From NCBI RefSeq assembly GCF_964204645.1, contig NC_134025.1:6262001-6326000 (forward strand): a stretch of 64,000 nt of DNA, given 5' to 3'. Under the pieces are notes generated by a model. It did not search any database and was not told the DNA's origin. It worked only from the letters and a program-made list of their open reading frames with translations. This DNA comes from Tubulanus polymorphus. Its lineage: Eukaryota; Animalia; Nemertea. The position numbers and the translations under genes were made by a program. Shown here piece by piece: positions 40,101 to 52,000 of the stretch; within the stretch, counting starts at the first letter, position 1; the number at the start of each line of letters is the position of its first letter.

Positions 40101-43100
40101 TTTGAGGAAAAATACGAATTACATTCGCCAGTAACGCAAAGTCAACCGGTGTCGCCAACTGCTCAAACACCCCCTAGTAAGTTTGAAGATAAAGGGTGCC
40201 GATTACATCGGACGCATAGCTTACACGAGAATCGGATTAGCCACAATAACGGTGATAGTACTTACAACAGTCCGTGTAGTTCGAATACAAACACAATGCA
40301 ATCTCAGCAAGGAATTAAATTGTTAAAGGCAAACGTCGAACAGGAGTTAAGATTGCGGAACGTATTAGCAAAGGATACGTGTAACAGTTACCCGGATAGC
40401 GGAATAAGTGGCATGACTAGTGGATCTGTTATGTCTGGAGATACCAGGAAATCTTCTACTCTTCCTCATGGTAAGTGATTATGGTAGTTCTGGTTACGCA
40501 TTCGAACAAGGGATTCAGACTTGATGACCTTATCATACAATGACAGTAAGAATCTTTACATCAGCCATCGAAAAATGTGGCTGTATAAGTTCCCTTTGAT
40601 ATAAGCCTTCCTGGACTTGCATAAAAGTCTTATCATTGTGTAGATCAGGGAGGTGCGAGTAGACTTTTTACTCCAGCTATCTATGATTTATTATGCAATC
40701 GTGGTAAGCTACCAGTAATTTAGTCAGATCCTCGATGTTGGATATTGCTATGAGGGATATTGCTATGAGACGACAGTAACCACGTGTATCTTACATTACA
40801 ACTAAAATGCCCAACAGCTCAACCAATCAGAAACATCGTCGGCACCTCATCTCCGGCAGGTTTAAAAATGAATACGTAACTACTCATCTCGTCACTACTA
40901 TACTAGACTGATAGATAGTGGCTCAGCCTGTCATGGAATATAGACTGATCAACTGATCAGTCTTATAACACTGCTTACCACACCAGCAATACCAAATCAG
41001 TGATAAATTACAAGCCCATTGTAAATAATGTCATCTTTCTTAATAAGATTCCATTCTATAATCACATAATGCCATCTGTAAAGCTTTTTTGATGATTCAA
41101 TAATCCTACATTGAGACAGATGATATCTTCATCAGACTAGATTTGTACTTGAACTTTTTCAGTTGAATGATGAAAGTAGATATTTATTCATGTTTGAAGA
41201 CTAAGAACAAATTCCAAGAATTACAATTCTAAGAATGACATTCAAAAATGTAGGGCACCTGCTAGAAAAAGAAATATGTTTTTCTCAATGAAAATCCTTT
41301 TGATTTACAGGATCATCATCATTAAGTACAGCTGGTAGCTCTAGCAGTGGCAGCAAACGACAAGGCCCAGACGCAAGTCCCGATATACGTCATGGATTTA
41401 CTTCATCTGAGGTACTATTAATCGTTGCCTGGCAACAGAAATATCATTAATTGTCAACGATGGCACATTGCTGCTCAATGACCTAGTAAAAATCGTATCG
41501 TTTTTATGATTACATTTTCGGGCCGATCAGTCGGAATCAAATTCTGGAGTGATGAATGTGAGATCGAATTTGTGGTAATCGATTAGAATGAATATGTGGT
41601 CCATATTCCTGAGAGAGAATAAAATGAATGTGAAAGAGTGAAAAGTGCGAAGTACAAAATGAAACGGTTTGGATTCCTGGAAAATCACATCCTAAAATTT
41701 TGATTAAAACTCATTTGATACCGGTTTTGATTAAAGGCGGCAAATGTTAAACAGAACATAAATTTTGGTTTAATTTATCGAGCAATCTCAATGTCCTTTA
41801 TGTTGTCCTTAGAAGCATATACTAAAATGAAATGTTTATTCGAAGTAGTGATCATGTCATGAATAGTTTCAGCAGCAAATGCACTATTTATGTTGCATCA
41901 GAATGCATGCCTACAAGTATTGTGGAGTATTATGAGACCTACATGAATCGGCTAATGATCAATAAATATGTAATCGAATTTAATTCCCCGATCATCCCCT
42001 GAGTGCACATTAATTATTCATATCTCGTTATCAGCGGTTATGACCAGCTCAAAGGAGGGAAGCGCAAAAAATATGTTATCGACCCTCCCTGGAAATGACT
42101 ATCAGACGAAGTGCTTAAGTAGTAAAGACGTCGTTACCAAGCGTTTGATTGTTGTATTTTGTAGATGTCAGAAGATAGCGATGATGAGGGTAGTGATAGT
42201 AGTATTCATACACAGGCGGAGGAAACTCAAAATATGATGGGTCGGCAGGGTGCTATACGAAAGGCTGGGTAAGAGCTCGCACATAGAATGTTTAACTTCT
42301 TCGCACTGGTTATTATTGAAAAAGCTTGTTTTGAATATTGATATCAGATTTAATCTTTAGCCTAATAAAGGCATGCTTAGCCTGACTAAACTGATCAAAC
42401 CAGTTGCTTTAACATCGAATTAGAGCGACTGCAAGTGAATATGCTGAAAATCACAATTGATGCGAATTGATCAAGAGATGTCACTATCTATCTGCTTTGC
42501 ATCATCAGTTAAACTAGGCATACGTTTACCGCATAGAAAATGAATGATCAACAATTTAGCTTTAGTTTCACTCGAAGGAAGTTTCTGATGTTTCTTGCAC
42601 TGGGTATAGCTATTTTTCAACATAAAAGATCCGTCCATTATCTACTACCGTACTTACTTATCATTCATGGTTCTAACGGTCATGATGCAGGTGTCATTCT
42701 CAATGGACCTCAATATTCCATGGATTATCCTTATTTGTCGATTAGCATCCAGCAACATGTGGGAGGACCATTAACGATGAGAGGGTTCTCTTTAATCTGA
42801 TAAGTAGACAATGATGCCGATGAGTCTGGACTGAAGTATCGCTGGGCTATGAATATTTTGTGCGGCGTGTATTGGAATGAATGATAGCAATATGCTACAG
42901 GGAAATCTGATGAGTTACTTTGAAATTCAGACAACTTTATGAGGAAATCATGATGGTTGATGATATGTCACACTTATTATGATATTAATCATTTAAAATG
43001 ATTACTCCGACCTCTGATATCCAAGGTTCACTAACTCTATTAAAACTGCACATAGAAGTAGAAAGGATAATACGTACTATAGTAGAAATACCCTTTACTT

Positions 43101-46100
43101 TCAAAGAGATTCCACATTCAAAATAAACCATTTTACAGTTGCTAACCGCCATTTTGTTAGGGTACTTTTGTCCCGTATTGTTGGGTCATTTTTTTCTATT
43201 TTTTAAAAACTATCCGTGATGCGTGTTGTATCATATTTCATCTGTCCATGGATGGATTTTGACAACTTCAGCAACATTCAAACCGCGTGAATTTTTAGTT
43301 TTCAGTTATGTAAAAATCATTTCTCAAATTTACAACAATGCGACATGAGAGCGATATAAAAATCGGTGGTCAGTTTTTGCCGTGCGCATAGAAATCAAGG
43401 GTACTGAACTTTGAAGTTCGTTATTTTCAGAAATAATTTTCTAAAAAATCCAAGCATTTCAAGAACTGTGCGCATAAATGCCCCCTTTCAGGTGAACTTT
43501 GAAATTTTAAGATATCTTGCCTAGTTTTTTTCCTATGGCACTTTAACTGCAGCGCGTGTATTGTCATTCCGAGATTCGGCGCTGTTTTCTTTGCGTGTAT
43601 TTCAGTATATGGGTGTTATTTTTTCATTTTTACTACACTTGTCTCTACGGAAAATGGTTTTAATTGTTGGTACGAGTATCAGGTTTTAATATTACGTCAT
43701 TTATGCAATATAATAGATCAAAGACATTAGAGATGTTGGAGTTTAAGGGATTTTTTTACCAGTTTTAGCAGCGAGACTGAACGGCATTTTGATCACGTAT
43801 TCGAAGTTGCGCGCGGGAAGAGAATATATGGGCCTATATTGAGATGGAAGAAGAAAAGAAATATAACACTCAAAATCGAGTATGATGACCATTTAAATCA
43901 GTAGTCTATCAATAAATTTACATAAAAATCTACTGAAATTAGATGGATTGAGAAGTGGTCAAAAAGCTGGACAAATGGGTTGGGGCAAATATTCAGCTAC
44001 TTTCTATGAATACTTTCTATTAAGTACACACAAGATTGATTAGATTGGGAAGAAAATATAGGAAAACGTTATCTTGCTTTGGTGGTGACATATCAAGTAT
44101 CAAGTCCTAATGTCAGACACAGGTGATAAAAAGTAAAAAGTGACATCTACCATCACAAAATCGCAAGAAGTGTGTGGATTGCATTTACAACAAAAGAGTG
44201 ATATTTTGGGTTTTCTTGGGTGCATGTACGTAAGCCTCTGCCTGCTGTAAAAGCGGCTACCAATACAGCCATTACGAACTAGCGCCGGAGAACGGAATAC
44301 AGTATTAATGACGTAATATTAAAACCTGATACTCGTACCAACAATTAAAACCATTTTCCGTAGAGACAAGTGTAGTAAAAATGAAAAAATAACACCCATA
44401 TACTGAAATACACGCAAAGAAAACAGCGCCGAATCTCGGAATGGCAATACACGCGCTGCAGTTAAAGTGCCATAGGAAAAAAACTAGGCAAGATATCTTA
44501 AAATTTCAAAGTTCACCTGAAAGGGGGCATTTATGCGCACAGTTCTTGAAATGCTTGGATTTTTTAGAAAATTATTTCTGAAAACAACGAACTTCAAAGT
44601 TCAGTACCCTTGATTTCTATGCGCGCGGCAAAAACTGACCACCGATTTTTATATCGCTCTCATGTCGCATTGTTGTAAATTTGAGAAATGATTTTTACAT
44701 AACTGAAAACTAAAAATTCACGCGGTTTGAATGTTGCTGAAGTTGTCAAAATCCATCCATGGACAGATGAAATATGATACAACACGCATCACGGATACTT
44801 TTAAAAAAATAGAAAAAAATGACCCAACAATACGGGACAAAAGTACCCTAACAAAATGGCGGCTAGCAACTGTAAAATGGTTTATTACAAAACAATACTT
44901 TAGTTTTAACAAGAGATGTAACTTATGAAATATTGATATGCTTGAGAGTTCATTTCTTAACTACAGGATCCAGTTGTGTGGAACTGGGTCCAGGCTTTTA
45001 AAGTATATCAACTCTACAACATCTGAGGTAATATTCATTTTTATTCATTATGTGTAGATGGTTGATAGTTAAGAATTGGCTGGTCCATAAAAAGCGAAAA
45101 CTAGAGTTAGCTCCTAAACGAACCTGGAAAAAATATTGGGTGTGTCTGAAGGGCACTGTTCTTCTGTTCTTTCTCTGCGATGATGAGGGTGAAGTGAACC
45201 AAGATGCAATACCACGGCATTTATTAGGTACTTTGCAATATTACACCATTTATGTTTTTGTTGTAGTCTGTATATGGTGTTTATAATGTACTTGTATGTT
45301 TTCTTCTTCTCAAGTCATCGAAGGTGGAATTGCTCAAGCTATACCCGAACACCCTAAAAGAGAGAACATATTTGCACTCAGCACTGCCTATGGCGATGCA
45401 TACTTGTTTCAGGTAGATTTTTTACATGATTTTCTTCCCATGGGCAAAAACATCTGCTCATTTCTAAACTATTTATTGAAAACCTATATACACTCTTCTC
45501 AATTTTATATTAGGCGCCATCACAAACCGAGTTGAATAACTGGATCGCATCAATTCATTCCGCATGTGCCTCGTCATATGCTCGACAGCACGGCAAAGAC
45601 AACACACTAAAATTACTCCGGTCTGAAATTCAAAAACTTGACACCAGTATCGATATGGTAAGGGATCTAATATCATGTTATGACTACATGGTATATTGTA
45701 GGGAATAGAGATGTAAATCTATCGATTATTCAGACCTGACATGTCTCACTTGTATAAACATCAATGTTTTCTTATTGATCTCTTCTTATCAATCAATCAA
45801 AATATTAACTGATTCTGAAGTTCTCTCTTATCGTGGTATGTACGTTGCCCAAAGCTAGCTTTATGAGTTCGTAGTGTGTTTACCGATACTTAAGGTTCTA
45901 TAAATTATAGGTTATGGTACGTCCATTTGTCACTTGTTTTTGCTCAGTCAGTGAGTTTTTGTGCCTTTATTTCTAGGATTGTAAAATGCGTAAAATGGCC
46001 GAGTTGCAGTTGACGGTTGTAACAGATCCAAAGTCTCGTCAGGCAATTATCAAGCAAATTTTACAATGGGAGGAAAATCTTGAGAAACTCTACATTGAAC

Positions 46101-48963
46101 AGTATCGACTTCGATGTTATATGTCATCATTACAAGGCTCTGAGTTACCCAATCCTAAGGTATCGGTCATTAGCATATATTTTAAAATCCAATAGATAGC
46201 TGAACACTTTCAGTACAGGGTATGGTTTTACAAAAACAACAGCTTTTGATTTTATTCCATAATTTCATGCGCATACTCTTTTCAGACATTATTATCAAAT
46301 GTTTCGAAGAATAGTAAAGTTGTATTAGGAAGACTAGGTGTATTCACTGTGACATCATTCCATGGATTAGTGTGTGCACGATCTCCGAACTCTGCCGTTC
46401 GACTATATCCTGGACCTCGGAGAAAAAACAGTAAAAATGGCAACAGTCTCCCCAAAACGGAGAGCAACACTAAATCAGGCAAAAAAGAGGATGGATCTTT
46501 ACAAAGACAAAGGTGAAATACATCAAAATACTCATCCCATTTTGACAAGATTGTTGAAAACGTTTATGTGCATTTAATGTGATGTGATTAACATAATATA
46601 TTAAGATACTGTAGGTTGTTACTTCATAGGTCGATAGATCAAGGTACGGTCGTAGATTTGACCAAGATAGAAACTACACAGATAGAACACAATGTCACTG
46701 GAGAACGTATCTTCATGCCAAATAAACAGGTCAGTCTACCTACAAGATTGCCCGTTTCTATACATGAGTTCCTGTCCTCCTCATGGCTTTGGTTTTTGTT
46801 TTGTAGCATACAACTGTGCCTGTCAATGATCGTATGATTGTTTCTGAGTTGGTTGAAATTTCTTGTAACAAGAAACGTTTGAATCCACGAGATCATTTCT
46901 TACGCATGAAGACTGTCGGGAAAGAAACGTGGTATATTCCTGATAGAAGTGCAAACATTAAAAGTCAGGTACAGTACAACTGTATGGATTAGGACCTAAA
47001 AGCAACAAAAGTTATAAATATGAAATTCAAGTTGTTTTTGAACATTTTCAGGAGTATGATTCTTTAGAAATCTATCAAAAGGTAGTCTTCCAAACTGAAT
47101 TAGTTCGGCCTCATTATGGTGCTGATTTCGGATTTCAAATTGAAGCTGAACTGGCTGAGGATTCAGATCGTGAAGATGAGTTACGTTTGTTTGTTACTGG
47201 TGTTAATAAAGGCAGTTTAGCGGAGAATAGAGGTTTGTATAGTCTGAACATGGTGATGACAGTTTTATACATGCTTTTTTTCGTATACAAAAAGAAACAT
47301 GAACGATTACTTGTTTTTCAGGCCTTCAAGGTGGTGATGAAATTCTAGTCATAAATGGTAAAGTGGTGGCCGATTTAGACATGGTATACATCGAGAGTTT
47401 GCTACAAGAGGGTGACAATATTCGAATAACAGTTCGATCATGTCGTTCAGAGCGTCCGTACGGTACGATAATGATGGAGCATGCAGATGTATACATAGAT
47501 AAGCTAGTGTGCCCCCCTCCACCGACTCAAACTCGCATTTCGGATAAAGCAATAGGGGATTTGATTGTACCTGCACCTCAATGGGGTAAATATACAACAT
47601 CACTGACCCATAGTCATTACTTAATCCCCCAACTAACCACATATATCTCCTCAACCTTGGCACACCTTATACTACTAGGCTAATGATGGCAATCTTTGCA
47701 CTGATTCATTTATTTGGTTTATCTAAATCTAATATCTACTCTCTCTCTTCTGATCAATTCAAACAATCTCATCACTTTGGAAATGCTAAAATTCTAGTTC
47801 TAACTCCACATGTAGAGAGTTGATAGCATCCCTTTGTAATCTTCAAGGAAAAACTGAGCAGTCTTCTATTCTATATTGAAAAGTCTGCATGAATCAAAAA
47901 AGAAGGTGATTTCGGGTCACATGCATATATCTTTACATCTAAAATGCTCTGCATGCTTCCAATCCGTATGTTGTTTATGTCTATGTAAGAATTCTTATAG
48001 TGATGAAGCATATTTGTATGAATATTTCAAAGTATATCTTAATTCAAAACGATGGCTGGCACTGGTTGTTGTGTTTCACCTTAGATATTGTATAAATGGT
48101 TCACACTTTGATACGTATATTCGAACCCATATTGTGTCTATCTATGTTAGGTCCTGATGAAACAGATTCTCCGCAGACACCGTCATCTCAATCAGACAGT
48201 CAAACATCACATGAACAAATTGGTACTTTAACGCAGGTCAGCATTTCAATTTGTGTTATATCTTTGTATCATAGCGTAACATTACATTTTGCGATTTCAC
48301 ATGTTTTTGCATATAGCCTGCTGAACAATTGACAGAGATCTGCCGAGCTACTAACCTTGCAAGCAGAGGACGCAGTCTTTCAGATGCTCAGAAATTACGC
48401 AAGGTTATCGTAGAATTGATCGAAACAGAAAGAGGTTATGTGAAGGTAAGTTTTTCAGTGTTAAGTTACCCTACAAATTAATTTTTCTTAGATTGAGATG
48501 AAATGTGATTAAATCTACTTGTAGGATTTGACTTGCCTAATAGAACGCTATCTTGAACCATTGAAAGCAGAAACTTTTCTTTCGCACGAAGAAATTGAAC
48601 AACTGTTTGGAAATATTCAAGAGATTGTTCAATTTCAACGATTGTTCCTTCAAAGTTTAGAAGAAGCAGTTGAACAGGAGCCCGAATTCCTAACAATAAC
48701 AGATACTCGGCAATTTCATGTAAGTTTATGTCATTATCGAGGTTAAGATAGGTCCATTTAGGAGAGTAGAGTTGCAAATTTTTATGGAAAATCTCTCAGG
48801 TTGAAATAACAATGGGACTTGTTGAGACATATGATCGAAAAATCTTAGCTTTGCTACTTCATGAATCTATAGGTATTAATAGTAATTGTACTCACTCTAC
48901 GCGGCACCTTCACCACTCACAATATTGTATTAGATAGATGTACATGTATGCGTATGCCTAATA

Positions 48964-49051
<88 letters not shown>

Positions 49052-52000
49052 ATATAATATACTATCATATGATTTGATATGTACATGTATGCATATTCTT
49101 TTGAAAATTTCATCTTTGCTTCGAATGTTTGCTATCCCACGTTTATCAAAGTATGTCTGCCAATATATCTTAATATCACAAGTTAAGTTTTTTCTATGAA
49201 TACAACTCTAATTTCTTTGTAAATGCAATTTATATATTTTAGGATGATTCAGTTAGGGTAAGGTTTTATCATGTTTTGTCTTCCTCTTTCCAACCATAGG
49301 ATTGGATTAAATATGATGGCTTCATGTACATACATGTACATTTATCTTCACAAGCACATTAGAACACCGTGCCCAAGGTTTTGTGGATTGACTTTTGACT
49401 TAAGACTTTGATGAAAATTGGGAATGAATTATCTACAATTCAAATATCCAATAAAGATCTTGAGGTTTTTCTAATGAAGTCAGTAGCCACAGCTTCTTGT
49501 AAACTTTGGTCCCGGTTGTGGAATTTGTTTATCTAGACTTCATGTTTAATTCAACTTATAATTGGCGATGAGATATCTATCAGTCTATTCGAGTTCATGT
49601 AAATGAAGTTACTTATTTATATGTTGTTATGTTTTCATATGAGCTGTGAAAATTTTTCTTGAAATTGTATTCTCTTTGAACATCTGGATTTTTTCAATGG
49701 GTTACCTGTAGGCTTAGAACTCAGGAATTTTTTCTAAGTGGATGAATTAGAAAAATGCTCAAAAAGATGCTTCTAATGAAATTTTACTATGCATGGATGT
49801 TATGGATCTAGTCAAGTGTTCAGTCATGTTTTCCATCTAAATTCCCTCTAATATTTTTCTGTGTGCCGTTAACCTTTGATTCAATTTTGTACATCATCAT
49901 TCAATCAAGGCTACTTTGGAACCTATAAGGATATAATTGATTATACCTTTAACTTTCTCAGCAATAGCTGATCAAAGTCTTCTATCTTTATCTTCTCAAT
50001 TTGCCTTGAAAATGCATCTATTCAACCTTGTTGTCATTTGGTAATGCAGTTTTAGTAATGTTCAGGTGGCAGTGTAAGCATTATCTGAGTAGCAAAAGTG
50101 GCCTACAGATTTTGAGACTGGAATAAGTGAATCTTGCATATCATTATTCTGAAATGTCGTCATAATAGAGTCAAGGCTCCTTCACAGCTACATCTTTCTA
50201 CATAACCATTTTTCATGTTATTTCTCAAAATTCATGAGGTCCAAAATATTGGTATTATAATGAGCATTTACTGCTAAATGATTAGGTGGGTCTAGCAAAG
50301 AGAAAAAATCTCAGATTATGAGATATATGTTTTTGGGTGATATGGGTTTTTATGAGGCGGGTCAGGGAAATTGTAGCATGGATAAACTGACTGCATGTAT
50401 CCATTTTTCTTGCATGTCCAGGTATTTGAGGTGATATATCTTACATTTTTCGGCATCTTGTTCGTCGTTGTCTTTGTTGTGTTCATACATCCCTGTTTTA
50501 GATCATGCCAAACAGTTAACTATCCCCCTTAGAGCATACTTTGAATATGTAAACATATAGCAGTTACTGTGACATTCACATATACATCACACATTTATTA
50601 AGACACATTTTCTGATAATTTGAAGCTCTCATATCATAATGCATGTACGGTATAGCTAATTGAGTTACATGTTAGACGTACATGACGTTTTTTCCAATCT
50701 AATGCCTATAAGTGTTAGTTTATATCAATGTTCTTCTGCTGATAAGCTTTCTTTTCTTCATAGCTATATGTAGTCGATACATCGCTTCTCAACCATCATC
50801 TTTTCATGTGTTGCTTTTTGATAGAAGTACACATTAATAATACAAACAATGCCTATTCCCTATCTTCTTGTGTAGAAAATCCACTGTTTGGCATGGCTTA
50901 TTATATGTTTTGTAACAAACTCACAAAGATTGGATGCAGATTGATTCAGTTTAGCTCTTCTAGTATTGAATCTGTAAAGCGGTGTAGTGCTCTCAAAGCT
51001 GCATAAAATCATGATTTTGATGCTTTAGAAAATGTATGTATGTATGTACATATGTTTACTCTTGTTTTCAGAGAATCCTGTTTTCGATTGGTGGATCATT
51101 CCTATATTATGCTAACCATTTTAAGTTGTACAGTTCATTTTGTGCTAGTCATTCCAAAGCTCAGAAGGTGCTCAATCCAGGTCAGTTTTTCTCAAAATGT
51201 ATCATTTACGCCTGGAAAGTGACAAACTAATGTTAACACGTAGTATTTTCATTTATACAGAAACAAATGCATTGTTGAGGGACTTTTTGCGGGCGAGAAA
51301 TCCAAAACAACAGCATTCAGCGACTTTAGAATCCTACCTCATCAAACCAATTCAAAGAATTCTTAAATATCCACTTCTGCTTCAGCAGTTAAAACATTTG
51401 ACTAGTCCTGAATCAGATGAGTTTTATCACTTATCGGGTAAGTAATGTAATTGCAGTTTGTTTTATCAAATTATTGTCCTATTCCTGAAGCATAATTTGT
51501 AGTACCAGTTTTCTGTATTTTGCAGAGGCTTTACGAGGTATGGAAACTGTAGCCGAACATATCAATGAAATGCAGAAGATTTATGATGAATATGGTGCTG
51601 TGTTTCATGAACTGATGAAACTTTACAAAGAAGCACATCCCAACAGAGTTGTAAGTTTGTTTTCGGAACTCTTCAGTAGAAATTTTGTTCATGTCCTTTT
51701 TTTGTTTTATTTCGTTTTTACTATCACTACATCCCCACATTGCCTACATCTGTCATCCATTAATGTATATCTCACCTCCTTCCCACACCTTCAATAAACC
51801 TGTATGTATAGTACACATGGTATCCCAGGACTGAAGTAAGAAGAAGTAGTTGAAGGTACATTTTATGTGTTGTATATATGAAGTTGTTGGCTCATTTTCC
51901 AGCAGAGCATTGCCGCATACAATGTCACTGATGAAGATATTGGATATGTTGATGTATGTAGCCTATACCCCTTCTGTATTCTTTAAAACCATTGTAACAC

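Noticed and set aside
44718-44928. ORFs within the long inverted-repeat element as a transposase
   Set aside because: Short, located in the TIR, and without DDE or helix-turn-helix features.
47630-47686. Branch-point-like ACTAAC plus AG at 47678, giving an immediate stop after the PDZ domain
   Set aside because: No donor or poly(A) support; too weak to call a truncated isoform.
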